A stretch of 64,000 nt of DNA from the human T2T-CHM13v2.0 reference genome, Homo sapiens. Of this stretch, positions 42,801 through 56,900 are shown in pieces. The notes beneath the pieces were generated by a model, which was not told the DNA's origin, ran no database searches, and was given only the letters and a program-made list of their open reading frames with translations. Where the stretch lies: the NCBI RefSeq assembly GCF_009914755.1, contig NC_060948.1; one strand, given 5' to 3'. The position numbers were made by a program, and so were the translations under genes. Within the stretch, counting starts at the first letter, position 1, and the number at the start of each line of letters is the position of its first letter.

Positions 42801-45800
42801 AGGAATGGAAGGGAATAGAATAGACGGTAATGGAATGGACTCGAATAGAATGGACACGAATGCTCAAATTGAATGGACTCGAATGGAATGGAAACGAAAG
42901 GAATGTCATCGAATGGAATTGAATCGATTGGAATAAAATCGCATAGAATAGAGTGGAATCAAATGGAATTGAATCGAAAGGAAAGGAAGCGAATGGACTG
43001 AAATGAAATGGAATGGAATTGAATGGAAAGTATAGCAATGGAATAGAATGGAACAAAATTTCACGGAATGGAATCAAACTGAATGGAATCAAATCAATGG
43101 AATATAATCAAATGGAATGGAAAGGAATTGAATGGAGTAGATGGGATTGGATGGGATTGGAATGAAATGTACTGGAAAGGACTCGAATTTCATGAAACGG
43201 AATGGAATGAATTGGAACGGAATGGACTCGAATGGAATGGAATGTCATGGAATGGCATCAAATGGAATGGCATCAAATGGAATGGAATCGAATGCAATGG
43301 AATGCTATGGAATGGAATGGAATGCATTGGAATGGAATGTCCTCTAATGGAATGGATTCGAGTGGAATGGAATCGAATATAATGGAGTCGAATGAAATGG
43401 AATTGAAAGGAATGGGATCGAATACAATGGAATATACTGGAATGTAATGTAATGAACTCGAATGTAATTGACTGGAATGGAATGTACATGAATGGAATGT
43501 AATCGAATGGAAAGTAATCCAATGGAATAGAATCTAAAGCAATAAAATCGACTCAGATAGAGTAGAATGTAATGGAATGGAGTGCAGTGCAATGGAATGG
43601 AATGGAATGGAATGGAATGGAATGGAATGGAATGGGATGGAATGGTATGGAATGGATAGTAATGGACTGGAGTGAAATGGACTGGAAAGGAATGGACTCA
43701 AATTGAAAGGGCTCGAAAGGAATGGAGTCAAATGGAATGGTCTGGAATGGAATGAACACGAATGTAATGCAATCCAATAGAATGGAATCGAATGGCATGG
43801 AATATAAAGAAATGGAATCGAAGAGAATGGAATCAAACGGAATGGAATTGAATGGAATGGAATTGAATGGAATGGGAACGAATGGAGTGAAATTGTATGC
43901 AGTAGAAGAGAATAGAATGGAATGCAAGCGAAAGGAAAGGAATGGATTGGAATGGAATGGAATTCATTGGAATGGAAGGGAATGTAATGTAATGGACAGG
44001 CCTGGAATAAAGTGGAATGCTACGGTCTCGAATGGAATAAAAATGTATGGAATGGAATGCAATGAAACGGAATCGAATGTCATAGAATGTAATGGAATGC
44101 AAAAAAATGGACTCCAAAATCATTGACTGGAAAGGCTGGGTGTCGAAAGGAATTGACTCCAATGGAATGGAATCGAATGGAATGGAAGTGAATAGAATCG
44201 AACTAAATCGAATGGAATGGAATTGATAGGAACGGAATGGAAAGGAATGAAATGATTTGGCATGGAATGGAATCCAATGGCATCGAATGGAATGGAATGG
44301 AATGCAATGCAATGGAATGTATTAGAATGTAATGAACTTTAATGGAATGTACTCGAATGGATTCGACAGGAATGGAATGTTCTGGAAGTGAATGGACTCC
44401 AATGGAATGGATTGAAAAGGAATGGAATCGTACGGAATGGAATCTAATGGAATGGAATTAAATGGAAATGAATGAAATTGAATAGCACGGAATTGAATTG
44501 AATGGAATCGAATGCAATGGAATCTAATGAAACGGAAAGGAAAGGAATGGAATGGAATGGAATGGGCTGGAATGGAAAGGAATCGAAACGAATGGAATGG
44601 AATCGAACTGAGGAGACTGGAATGGAATGCACTTCAACGGAAGGGAGTGTAATGGAAGGTTCTCGAAAAAAATGGAAACGAATGGAATGGAATTGAATGG
44701 AACGGAATAGAGTCGAATGGAATTGAATGGAATGGAATGGACTAGAGTGAAATGGAATCGAACCACAAGGAATGGACAGGAATAGAATGGTCTCGAATTG
44801 AATGGAATCGTATGGAATGGCATCAAACGGAATGGAATGGACAGCCACGGAATGGAATGCACTCGAATGCAATGGAGTCGAAACTAATGGACTGGAATAG
44901 AATGGACTCGACTGGTACGGACTCCAATGGAATGGAATCGAATGGAAGGGAATCGAACGGAATGGACTCGAAGGGAAAAGACTGCAATGGAAAGGTCTCG
45001 AATGGAATGGAAATTAATGGAATGGAATGGAATCGAATGAAATGGAGTCAAAAGGAATGGAATTGAATGGCAAGAAATCGAATGTAATGGAATCGCAAGG
45101 AATTGATGTGAACGGAACGGAATGTAATGGAATCCAAAGGAATGGAATAGAATGGAATGGAATCGAATGGAAAGGACTCGAATGGAAATCACTCGAATAG
45201 AATGCAATTTAATAAAATAGGATCAAATGTAATGGAATGGAATGGAAAGGAATTGAAACGAAAGGAATGGAGACAGATGGAATGGAATGGAACAGAGAGC
45301 AATGGTATAGAATGGAATGGAATCATCTGGAATGGAATTGAATGGAATGGAATAATATGAAATGGAATGGAATGGAATGGAATGCCCTTGAATTAAATGG
45401 ACTGGAATGGAATGGACTCGAACAGAGTGGAATGGAAAGTGTTGAGATAGAATGGAATGGACTCCTTTGGAATGGTCTAGTATGCAATGCAATGGACTGG
45501 CAGGGAATCAAAAGGAATGTAATCGAATGGATTGGACTGGAATGCAATGGACTCGAATAGATTGGAAACGGAATGCAAAGGAATGGAATGGAATAGTATG
45601 GAATGGAATGGAAAGGAATGGAGTGGAATAGACTAGAGTGGAATGGAATGGACTCGAAAGCAATGGACTGGAATGGAACTTTCTTGAATGGACTGGAATC
45701 AAACGGAATGGAATGCAATGCAATCAAATGGCATGGAATAAAATAGAATGAAAGAGAATCAAATGGAATTGAATCGAATGGAATCGAATGGATTGGAAAG

Positions 45801-48800
45801 GAATAGAATGGAATGGAATGGAATTGACTCAAATGGAATGGACTAGAATGGAATTGATTCGAATGGAAGGCAAAGGAATGGAATCTATTGGAATGGACAG
45901 CAATGGAATGGAAAGGAAGGGATTGGAATGGACTCGAATGGAATGGACTGCAATAGAAAGGATTCGAATGGAATGAAAAAGAATTGAATGGAATAGAACA
46001 GAATGGAATCAAATCGAATGAAATGGAATGGAAGAGAAAGGAATGGAATGAAATGGAATGGAAAGGATTCGAATGGAATGCAATCAAATGGAATGGAATC
46101 GAACGGAATGGAATAAAATGGAAGCAAACTGGCAAGAAATGGAATCGAAATGAATGGAGTGTTACGGAACGGACTCAAAAGGAATTGAATGTAATAGAAT
46201 GGAGTGGAGTGGACTCGAATATAATGGACTGGAATGGAATGAAATCACATGGAATGGGAACGAATGGAATGGAATGGAAAGGAATGGAATCGAATGGAAA
46301 GGAATCGAATGGAAGGGAATGAAATTGAATCAACAGGAATGGAAGGGAATAGAATAGACGGTAATGGAATGGACTTGAATAGAATGGACACGAATGCTCA
46401 AATTGAATGGACTCGAATGGAATGGAAACGAAAGGAATGTCATCGAATGGAATTGAATTGATTGGAATGAAATCGCATAGAATGGAGTGGAATCAAATGG
46501 AATTGAATCGAAAGGAAAGGAAGCGAATGGACTGAAATGAAATGGAATGGAATTGAATGGAAAGTAAAGCAATGGAATAGAATGGAACGAAATTTCACGG
46601 AATGGAATCAAACTGAATGGAATCAAATCAATGGAATATAATCAAATGGAATGGAAAGTAATTGAATGGAGTAGATGGGATTGGATGGGATTGGAATGAA
46701 ATGTACTGGAAAGGACTCGAATTTCATGAAACGGAATGGAATGAATTGGAACGGAATGGACTCGAAAGGAATGGAATGTCATGGAATGTCATCAAATGGA
46801 ATGGCATCAAATGGAATGGAATCGAATGCAATGGAATGCTATGGAATGGAATGTAATGCATTGGAATGGAATGTCCTCTAATGGAATGGATTCGAGTGGA
46901 ATGGAATCGAATATAATGGAGTCGAATGAAATGGAATTGAAAGGAATGGGATCGAATACAATGGAATATACTGGAATGTAACGTAATGAACTCGAATGTA
47001 ATTGACTGGAATGGAATGTACATGAATGGAATGTAATCGAATGGAAAGTAATCCAAGGGAATAGAATCTAATGCAATAAAATCGACTCAGATAGAGTAGA
47101 ATGTAATGGAATGGAGTGCAGTGCAATGGAATGGAATGGAATGGAATGCAATGGAATGGAATGGAATGGGATGGAATGGTATGGAATGGAATGGAATGGA
47201 ATGGAATGGAATGGGATGGAATGGTATGGAATGGATAGTAATGGACTGGAATGAAATGGACTGGAAAGGAATGGACTCAAATTGAAAGGGCTCGAAAGGA
47301 ATGGAGTCAAATGGAATGGTCTGGAATGGAATGAACACGAATGTAATGCAATCCAATAGAATGGAATCGAATGGCATGGAATATAAAGAAATGGAATCGA
47401 AGAGAATGGAAACAAACGGAATGGAATTGAATGGAATGGAATTGAATGGAATGGGAACGAATGGAGTGAAATTGTATGCAGTAGAAGAGAATAGAATGGA
47501 ATGCAAGCGAAAGGAAAGGAATGGATTGGAATGGAATGGAATTCATTGGAATGGAAGGGAATGTAGTGTAATGGACAGGCCTGGAATAAAGTGGAATGCT
47601 ACGGTCTCGAATGGAATAAAAATGTATGGAATGGAATGCACTGAAACGGAATCGAATGTCATAGAATGTAATGGAATGCAAAAAAATGGACTCCAAAATC
47701 ATTGACTGGAAAGGCTGGGTGTCGAAAGGAATTGACTCCAATGGAATGGAATCGAATGGAATGGAAGTGAATAGAATCGAACTAAATCGAATGGAATGGA
47801 ATTGATAGGAACGGAATGGAAAGGAATGAAATGATTTGGCATGGAATGGAATCGAATGGCATCGAATGGAATGGAATGGAATGCAATGCAATGGAATGTA
47901 TTAGAATGTAATGAACTTTAATGGAATGTACTCGAATGGATTCGACTGGAATGGAATGTTCTGGAAGTGAATGGACTCCAATGGAATGGATTGAAAAGGA
48001 ATGGAATTGTACGGAATGGAATCTAATGGAATGGAATTAAATGGAAATGAATCAAATTGAATAGCACGGAATTGAATTGAATGGAATCGAATGCAATGGA
48101 ATCTAATGAAACGGAAAGGAAAGGAATGGAATGGAATGGAATGGGCTGGAATGGAAAGGAATCGAAACGAATGGAATGGAATCGAACTGAGGAGACTGGA
48201 ATGGAATGCACTTCAATGGAAGGGAGTGTAATGGAAGGTTCTCGAAAAAAATGGAAACGAATGGAATGGAATTGAATGGAACGGAATAGAGTCGAATGGA
48301 ATTGAATGGAATGGAATGGACTAGAGTGAAATGGAATCGAACCACAAGGAATGGACAGGAATAGAATGGTCTCGAATTGAATGGAATCGTATGGAATGGC
48401 ATCAAACGGAATGGAATGGACAGCCACGGAATGGAATGCACTCGAATGCAATGGAGTCGAAACTAATGGACTGGAATAGAATGGACTCGACTGGTACGGA
48501 CTCCAATGGAATGGAATCGAATGGAAGGGAATCGAACGGAATGGACTCGAAGGGAAAAGACTGCAATGGAAAGGTCTCGAATGGAATGGAAATTAATGGA
48601 ATGGAATGGAATCGAATGAAATGGAGTCAAAAGGAATGGAATCGAATGGCAAGAAATCGAATGTAATGGAATCGCAAGGAATGGATGTGAACGGAACGGA
48701 ATGGAATGGAATCCAAAGGAATGGAATAGAATGGAATGGAATCGAATGGAAAGGACTCGAATGGAAATCACTCGAATAGAATGCAATTGAATAAAATAGG

Positions 48801-51800
48801 ATCAAATGTAAAGGAATGGAATGGAAAGGAATCGAAACGAAAGGAATGGAGACAGATGGAATGGAATGGAACAGAGAGCAATGGTATAGAATGGAATGGA
48901 ATCATCTGGAATGGAATTGAATGGAATGGAATAATATGAAATGGAATGGAATGGAATGGAATGCCCTTGAATTAAATGGACTGGAATGGAATGGACTCGA
49001 ACAGAGTGGAATGGAAAGTGTTGAGATAGAATGGAATGGACTCCTTTGGAATGGTCTAGTATGCAATGCAATGGACTGGCAGGGAATCAAAAGGAATGTA
49101 ATCGAATGGATTGGACTGGAATGCAATGGACTCGAATAGATTGGAAACGGAATGCAAAGGAATGGAATGGAATAGTATGGAATGGAATGGAAAGGAATGG
49201 AGTGGAATAGACTAGAGTGGAATGGAATGGACTCGAAAGCAATGGACTGGAATGGAACTTTCTTGAATGGACTGGAATCAAACGGAATGGAATGCAATGC
49301 AATCAAATGGCATGGAATAAAATAGAATGAAAGAGAATCAAATGGAATTGAATCGAATGGAATCGAATGGATTGGAAAGGAATAGAATGGAATGGAATGG
49401 AATTGACTCAAATGGAATGGACTAGAATGGAATGGATTCGAATGGAAGGCAAAGGAATGGAATCTATTGGAATGGACTGCAATGGAATGGAATGGAAGGG
49501 ATTGGAATGGACTCGAATGGAATAGACTGCAATAGAAAGGATTCGAATGGAATGAAAAAGAATTGAATGGAATAGAACAGAATGGAATCAAATCGAATGA
49601 AATGGAATGGAATAGAAAGGAATGGAATGAAATGGAATAGAAAGGATTCGAATGGAATGCAATCGAATGGAATGGAATCGAACGGAATGGAAAAAAATGG
49701 AAGCAAACTGGCAAGAAATGGAATCGAAATGAATGGAGTGTTATGGAACGGACTCAAAAGGAATTGAATGTAATAGAATGGAGTGGAGTGGACTCGAATA
49801 TAATGGACTGCAATGGAATGAAATCACATGGAATGGGAACGAATGGAATGGAATGGAAAGGAATGGAATCGAATGGAAAGGAATCGAATGGAAGGGAATG
49901 AAATTGAATCAACAGGAATGGAAGGGAATAGAATAGACGGTAATGGAATGGACTCGAATAGAATGGACACGAATGCTCAAATTGAATGGACTCGAATGGA
50001 ATGGAAACGAAAGGAATGTCATCGAATGGAATTGAATCGATTGGAATAAAATCGCATAGAATAGAGTGGAATCAAATGGAATTGAATCGAAAGGAAAGGA
50101 AGCGAATGGACTGAAATGAAATGGAATGGAATTGAATGGAAAGTATAGCAATGGAATAGAATGGAACAAAATTTCACGGAATGGAATCAAACTGAATGGA
50201 ATCAAATCAATGGAATATAATCAAATGGAATGGAAAGGAATTGAATGGAGTAGATGGGATTGGATGGGATTGGAATGAAATGTACTGGAAAGGACTCGAA
50301 TTTCATGAAACGGAATGGAATGAATTGGAACGGAATGGACTCGAATGGAATGGAATGTCATGGAATGGCATCAAATGGAATGGCATCAAATGGAATGGAA
50401 TCGAATGCAATGGAATGCTATGGAATGGAATGGAATGCATTGGAATGGAATGTCCTCTAATGGAATGGATTCGAGTGGAATGGAATCGAATATAATGGAG
50501 TCGAATGAAATGGAATTGAAAGGAATGGGATCGAATACAATGGAATATACTGGAATGTAATGTAATGAACTCGAATGTAATTGACTGGAATGGAATGTAC
50601 ATGAATGGAATGTAATCGAATGGAAAGTAATCCAATGGAATAGAATCTAAAGCAATAAAATCGACTCAGATAGAGTAGAATGTAATGGAATGGAGTGCAG
50701 TGCAATGGAATGGAATGGAATGGAATGGAATGGAATGGAATGGAATGGGATGGAATGGTATGGAATGGATAGTAATGGACTGGAGTGAAATGGACTGGAA
50801 AGGAATGGACTCAAATTGAAAGGGCTCGAAAGGAATGGAGTCAAATGGAATGGTCAGGAATGGAATGAACACGAATGTAATGCAATCCAATAGAATGGAA
50901 TCGAATGGCATGGAATATAAAGAAATGGAATCGAAGAGAATGGAATCAAACGGAATGGAATTGAATGGAATGGAATTGAATGGAATGGGAACGAATGGAG
51001 TGAAATTGTATGCAGTAGAAGAGAATAGAATGGAATGCAAGCGAAAGGAAAGGAATGGATTGGAATGGAATGGAATTCATTGGAATGGAAGGGAATGTAA
51101 TGTAATGGACAGGCCTGGAATAAAGTGGAATGCTACGGTCTCGAATGGAATAAAAATGTATGGAATGGAATGCAATGAAACGGAATCGAATGTCATAGAA
51201 TGTAATGGAATGCAAAAAAATGGACTCCAAAATCATTGACTGGAAAGGCTGGGTGTCGAAAGGAATTGACTCCAATGGAATGGAATCGAATGGAATGGAA
51301 GTGAATAGAATCGAACTAAATCGAATGGAATGGAATTGATAGGAACGGAATGGAAAGGAATGAAATGATTTGGCATGGAATGGAATCGAATGGCATCGAA
51401 TGGAATGGAATGGAATGCAATGCAATGGAATGTATTAGAATGTAATGAACTTTAATGGAATGTACTCGAATGGATTCGACTGGAATGGAATGTTCTGGAA
51501 GTGAATGGACTCCAATGGAATGGATTGAAAAGGAATGGAATCGTACGGAATGGAATCTAATGGAATGGAATTAAATGGAAATGAATGAAATTGAATAGCA
51601 CGGAATTGAATTGAATGGAATCGAATGCAATGGAATCTAATGAAACGGAAAGTAAAGGAATGGAATGGAATGGAATGGGCTGGAATGGAAAGGAATCGAA
51701 ACGAATGGAATGGAATCGAACTGAGGAGACTGGAATGGAATGCACTTCAACGGAAGGGAGTGTAATGGAAGGTTCTCGAAAAAAATGGAAACGAATGGAA

Positions 51801-53900
51801 TGGAATTGAATGGAACGGAATAGAGTCGAATGGAATTGAATGGAATGGAATGGACTAGAGTGAAATGGAATCGAACCACAAGGAATGGACAGGAATAGAA
51901 TGGTCTCGAATTGAATGGAATCGTATGGAATGGCATCAAACGGAATGGAATGGACAGCCACGGAATGGAATGCACTCGAATGCAATGGAGTCGAAACTAA
52001 TGGACTGGAATAGAATGGACTCGACTGGTACGGACTCCAATGGAATGGAATCGAATGGAAGGGAATCGAACGGAATGGACTCGAAGGGAAAAGACTGCAA
52101 TGGAAAGGTCTCGAATGGAATGGAAATTAATGGAATGGAATGGAATCGAATGAAATGGAGTCAAAAGGAATGGAATTGAATGGCAAGAAATCGAATGTAA
52201 TGGAATCACAAGGAATTGATGTGAACGGAACGGAATGTAATGGAATCCAAAGGAATGGAATAGAATGGAATGGAATCGAATGGAAAGGACTCGAATGGAA
52301 ATCACTCGAATAGAATGCAATTTAATAAAATAGGATGAAATGTAATGGAATGGAATGGAAAGGAATCGAAACGAAAGGAATGGAGACAGATGGAATGGAA
52401 TGGAACAGAGAGCAATGGTATAGAATGGAATGGAATCATCTGGAATGGAATTGAATGGAATGGAATAATATGAAATGGAATGGAATGGAATGGAATGCCC
52501 TTGAATTAAATGGACTGGAATGGAATGGACTCGAACAGAGTGGAATGGAAAGTGTTGAGATAGAATGGAATGGACTCCTTTGGAATGGTCTAGTATGCAA
52601 TGCAATGGACTGGCAGGGAATCAAAAGGAATGTAATCGAATGGATTGGACTGGAATGCAATGGACTCGAATAGATTGGAAACGGAATGCAAAGGAATGGA
52701 ATGGAATAGTATGGAATGGAATGGAAAGGAATGGAGTGGAATAGACTAGAGTGGAATGGAATGGACTCGAAAGCAATGGACTGGAATGGAACTTTCTTGA
52801 ATGGACTGGAATCAAACGGAATGGAATGCAATGCAATCAAATGGCATGGAATAAAATAGAATGAAAGAGAATCAAATGGAATTGAATCGAATGGAATCGA
52901 ATGGATTGGAAAGGAATAGAATGGAATGGAATGGAATTGACTCAAATGGAATGGACTAGAATGGAATGGATTCGAATGAAAGGCAAAGGAATGGAATCTA
53001 TTGGAATGGACTGCAATGGAATGGAATGGAAGGGATTGGAATGGACTCGAATGGAATGGACTGCCATAGAAAGGATTCGAATGGAATGAAAAAGAATTGA
53101 ATGGAATAGAACAGAATGGAATCAAATCGAATGAAATGGAATGGAATAGAAAGGAATGGAATGAAATGGAATGGAAAGGATTCGAATGGAATGCAATCGA
53201 ATGGAATGGAATCGAACAGAATGGAATAAAGTGGAAGAAAACTGGCAAGAAATGGAATCGAAATGAATGGAGTGTTATGGAACGGACTCAAAAGGAATTG
53301 AATGTAATAGAATGGAGTGGAGTGGACTCGAATATAATGGACTGGAATGGAATGAAATCACATGGAATGGGAACGAATGGAATGGAATGGAAAGGAATGG
53401 AATCGAATGGAAAGGAATCGAATGGAAGGGAATGAAATTGAATCAACAGGAATGGAAGGGAATAGAATAGACGGTAATGGAATGGACTTGAATAGAATGG
53501 ACACGAATGCTCAAATTGAATGGACTCGAATGGAATGGAAACGAAAGGAATGTCATCGAATGGAATTGAATTGATTGGAATGAAATCGCATAGAATGGAG
53601 TGGAATCAAATGGAATTGAATCGAAAGGAAAGGAAGCGAATGGACTGAAATGAAATGGAATGGAATTGAATGGAAAGTAAAGCAATGGAATAGAATGGAA
53701 CGAAATTTCACGGAATGGAATCAAACTGAATGGAATCAAATCAATGGAATATAATCAAATGGAATGGAAAGGAATTGAATGGAGTAGATGGGATTGGATG
53801 GGATTGGAATGAAATGTACTGGAAAGGACTCGAATTTCATGAAACGGAATGGAATGAATTGGAACGGAATGGACTCGAATGGAATGGAATGTCATGGAAT
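15900..53900 (+). repeat. ~7.1-kb dimeric higher-order repeat of DYZ1 (short ~3529-bp plus long ~3574-bp monomer)
   Basis: Unit lengths alternate 3529/3574 (sum 7103; later 3534/3579), and diagnostic variants alternate with them. Boundaries are approximate. Confidence 0.85.
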
Positions 53901-56900
53901 GTCATCAAATGGAATGGCATCAAATGGAATGGAATCGAATGCAATGGAATGCTATGGAATGGAATGGAATGCATTGGAATGGAATGTCCTCTAATGGAAT
54001 GGATTCGAGTGGAATGGAATCGAATATAATGGAGTCGAATGAAATGGAATTGAAAGGAATGGGATCGAATACAATGGAATATACTGGAATGTAACGTAAT
54101 GAACTCGAATGTAATTGACTGGAATGGAATGTACATGAATGGAATGTAATCGAATGGAAAGTAATCCAATGGAATAGAATCTAATGCAATAAAATCGACT
54201 CAGATAGAGTAGAATGTAATGGAATGGAGTGCAGTGCAATGGAATGGAATGGAATGGAATGCAATGGAATGGAATGGAATGGGATGGAATGGTATGGAAT
54301 GGAATGGAATGGAATGGAATGGGATGGAATGGTATGGAATGGATAGTAATGGACTGGAATGAAATGGACTGGAAAGGAATGGACTCAAATTGGAAGGGCT
54401 CGAAAGGAATGGAGTCAAATGGAATGGTCTGGAATGGAATGAACACGAATGTAATGCAATCCAATAGAATGGAATCGAATGGCATGGAATATAAAGAAAT
54501 GGAATCGAAGAGAATGGAAACAAACGGAATGGAATTGAATGGAATGGAATTGAATGGAATGGGAACGAATGGAGTGAAATTGTATGCAGTAGAAGAGAAT
54601 AGAATGGAATGCAAGCGAAAGGAAAGGAATGGATTGGAATGGAATGGAATTCATTGGAATGGAAGGGAATGTAGTGTAATAGACAGGCCTGGAATAAAGT
54701 GGAATGCTATGGTCTCGAATGGAATAAAAATGTATGGAATGGAATGCAAAGAAACGGAATCGAATGTCATAGAATGTAATGGAATGCAAAAAAATGGACT
54801 CCAAAATCATTGACTGGAAAGGCTGGGTGTCGAAAGGAATTGACTCCAATGGAATGGAATCGAATGGAATGGAAGTGAATAGAATCGAACTAAATCGAAT
54901 GGAATGGAATTGATAGGAACGGAATGGAAAGGAATGAAATGATTTGGCATGGAATGGAATCGAATGGCATCGAATGGAATGGAATGGAATGCAATGCAAT
55001 GGAATGTATTAGAATGTAATGAACTTTAATGGAATGTACTCGAATGGATTCGACTGGAATGGAATGTTCTGGAAGTGAATGGACTCCAATGGAATGGATT
55101 GAAAAGGAATGGAATCGTACGGAATGGAATCTAATGGAATGGAATTAAATGGAAATGAATCAAATTGAATAGCACGGAATTGAATTGAATGGAATCGAAT
55201 GCAATGGAATCTAATGAAACGGAAAGGAAAGGAATGGAATGGAATGGAATGGGCTGGAATGGAAAGGAATCGAAACGAATGGAATGGAATCGAACTGAAG
55301 AGACTGGAATGGAATGCAGTGGAATGGAAGGGAGTGTAATGGAAGGTTCTCGAAAAAAATGGAATCGAATGGAATGGAATTGAATGGAACGGAATAGAGT
55401 CGAATGGAATTGAATGGAATGGAATGGACTAGAGTGAAATGGAATCGAACCACAAGGAATGGACAGGAATAGAATGGTCTCGAATTGAATGGAATCGTAT
55501 GGAATGGCATCAAACGGAATGGAATGGACAGCCACGGAATGGAATGCACTCGAATGCAATGGAGTCGAAACTAATGGACTGGAATAGAATGGACTCGACT
55601 GGTACGGACTCCAATGGAATGGAATCGAATGGAAGGGAATCGAACGGAATGGACTCGAAGGGAAAAGACTGCAATGGAAAGGTCTCGAATGGAATGGAAA
55701 TTAGTGGAATGGAATGGAATCGAATGAAATGGAGTCAAAAGGAATGGAATCGAATGGCAAGAAATCGAATGTAATGGAATCGCAAGGAATTGATGTGAAC
55801 GGAACGGAATGGAATGGAATCCAAAGAAATGGAATAGAATGGAATGGAATCGAATGGAAAGAACTCGAATGGAAATCACTCGAATAGAATGCAATTGAAT
55901 AAAATACGATGAAATGTAATGGAATGGAATGGAAAGGAATCGAAACGAAAGGAATGGAGACAGATGGAATGGAATGGAACAGAGAGCAATGGTATAGAAT
56001 GGAATGGAATCATCTGGAATGGAATTGAATGGAATGGAATAATATGAAATGGAATGGAATGGAATGGAATGCCCTTGAATTAAATGGACTGGAATGGAAT
56101 GGACTCGAACAGAGTGGAATGGAAAGTGTTGAGATAGAATGGAATGGACTCCTTTGGAATGGTCTAGTATGCAATGCAATGGACTGGCAGGGAATCAAAA
56201 GGAATGTAATCGAATGGATTGGACTGGAATGCAATGGACTCGAATAGATTGGAAACGGAATGCAAAGGAATGGAATGGAATAGTATGGAATGGAATGGAA
56301 AGGAATGGAGTGGAATAGACTAGAGTGGAATGGAATGGACTCGAAAGCAATGGACTGGAATGGAACTTTCTTGAATGGACTGGAATCAAACGGAATGGAA
56401 TGCAATGCAATCAAATGGCATGGAATAAAATAGAATGAAAGAGAATCAAATGGAATTGAATCGAATGGAATCGAATGGATTGGAAAGGAATAGAATGGAA
56501 TGGAATGGAATTGACTCAAATGGAATGGACTAGAATGGAATGGATTCGAATGGAAGGCAAAGGAATGGAATCTATTGGAATGGACAGCAATGGAATGGAA
56601 AGGAAGGGATTGGAATGGACTCGAACGGAATGGACTGCAATAGAAAGGATTCGAATGGAATGAAAAAGAATTGAATGGAATAGAACAGAATGGAATCAAA
56701 TCGAATGAAATGGAATGGAATAGAAAGGAATGGAATGAAATGGAATGGAAAGGATTCGAATGGAATGCAATCGAATGGAATGGAATCGAACGGAATGGAA
56801 TAAAATGGAAGCAAACTGGCAAGAAATGGAATCGAAATGAATGGAGTGTTATGGAACGGACTCAAAAGGAATTGAATGTAATAGAATGGAGTGGAGTGGA

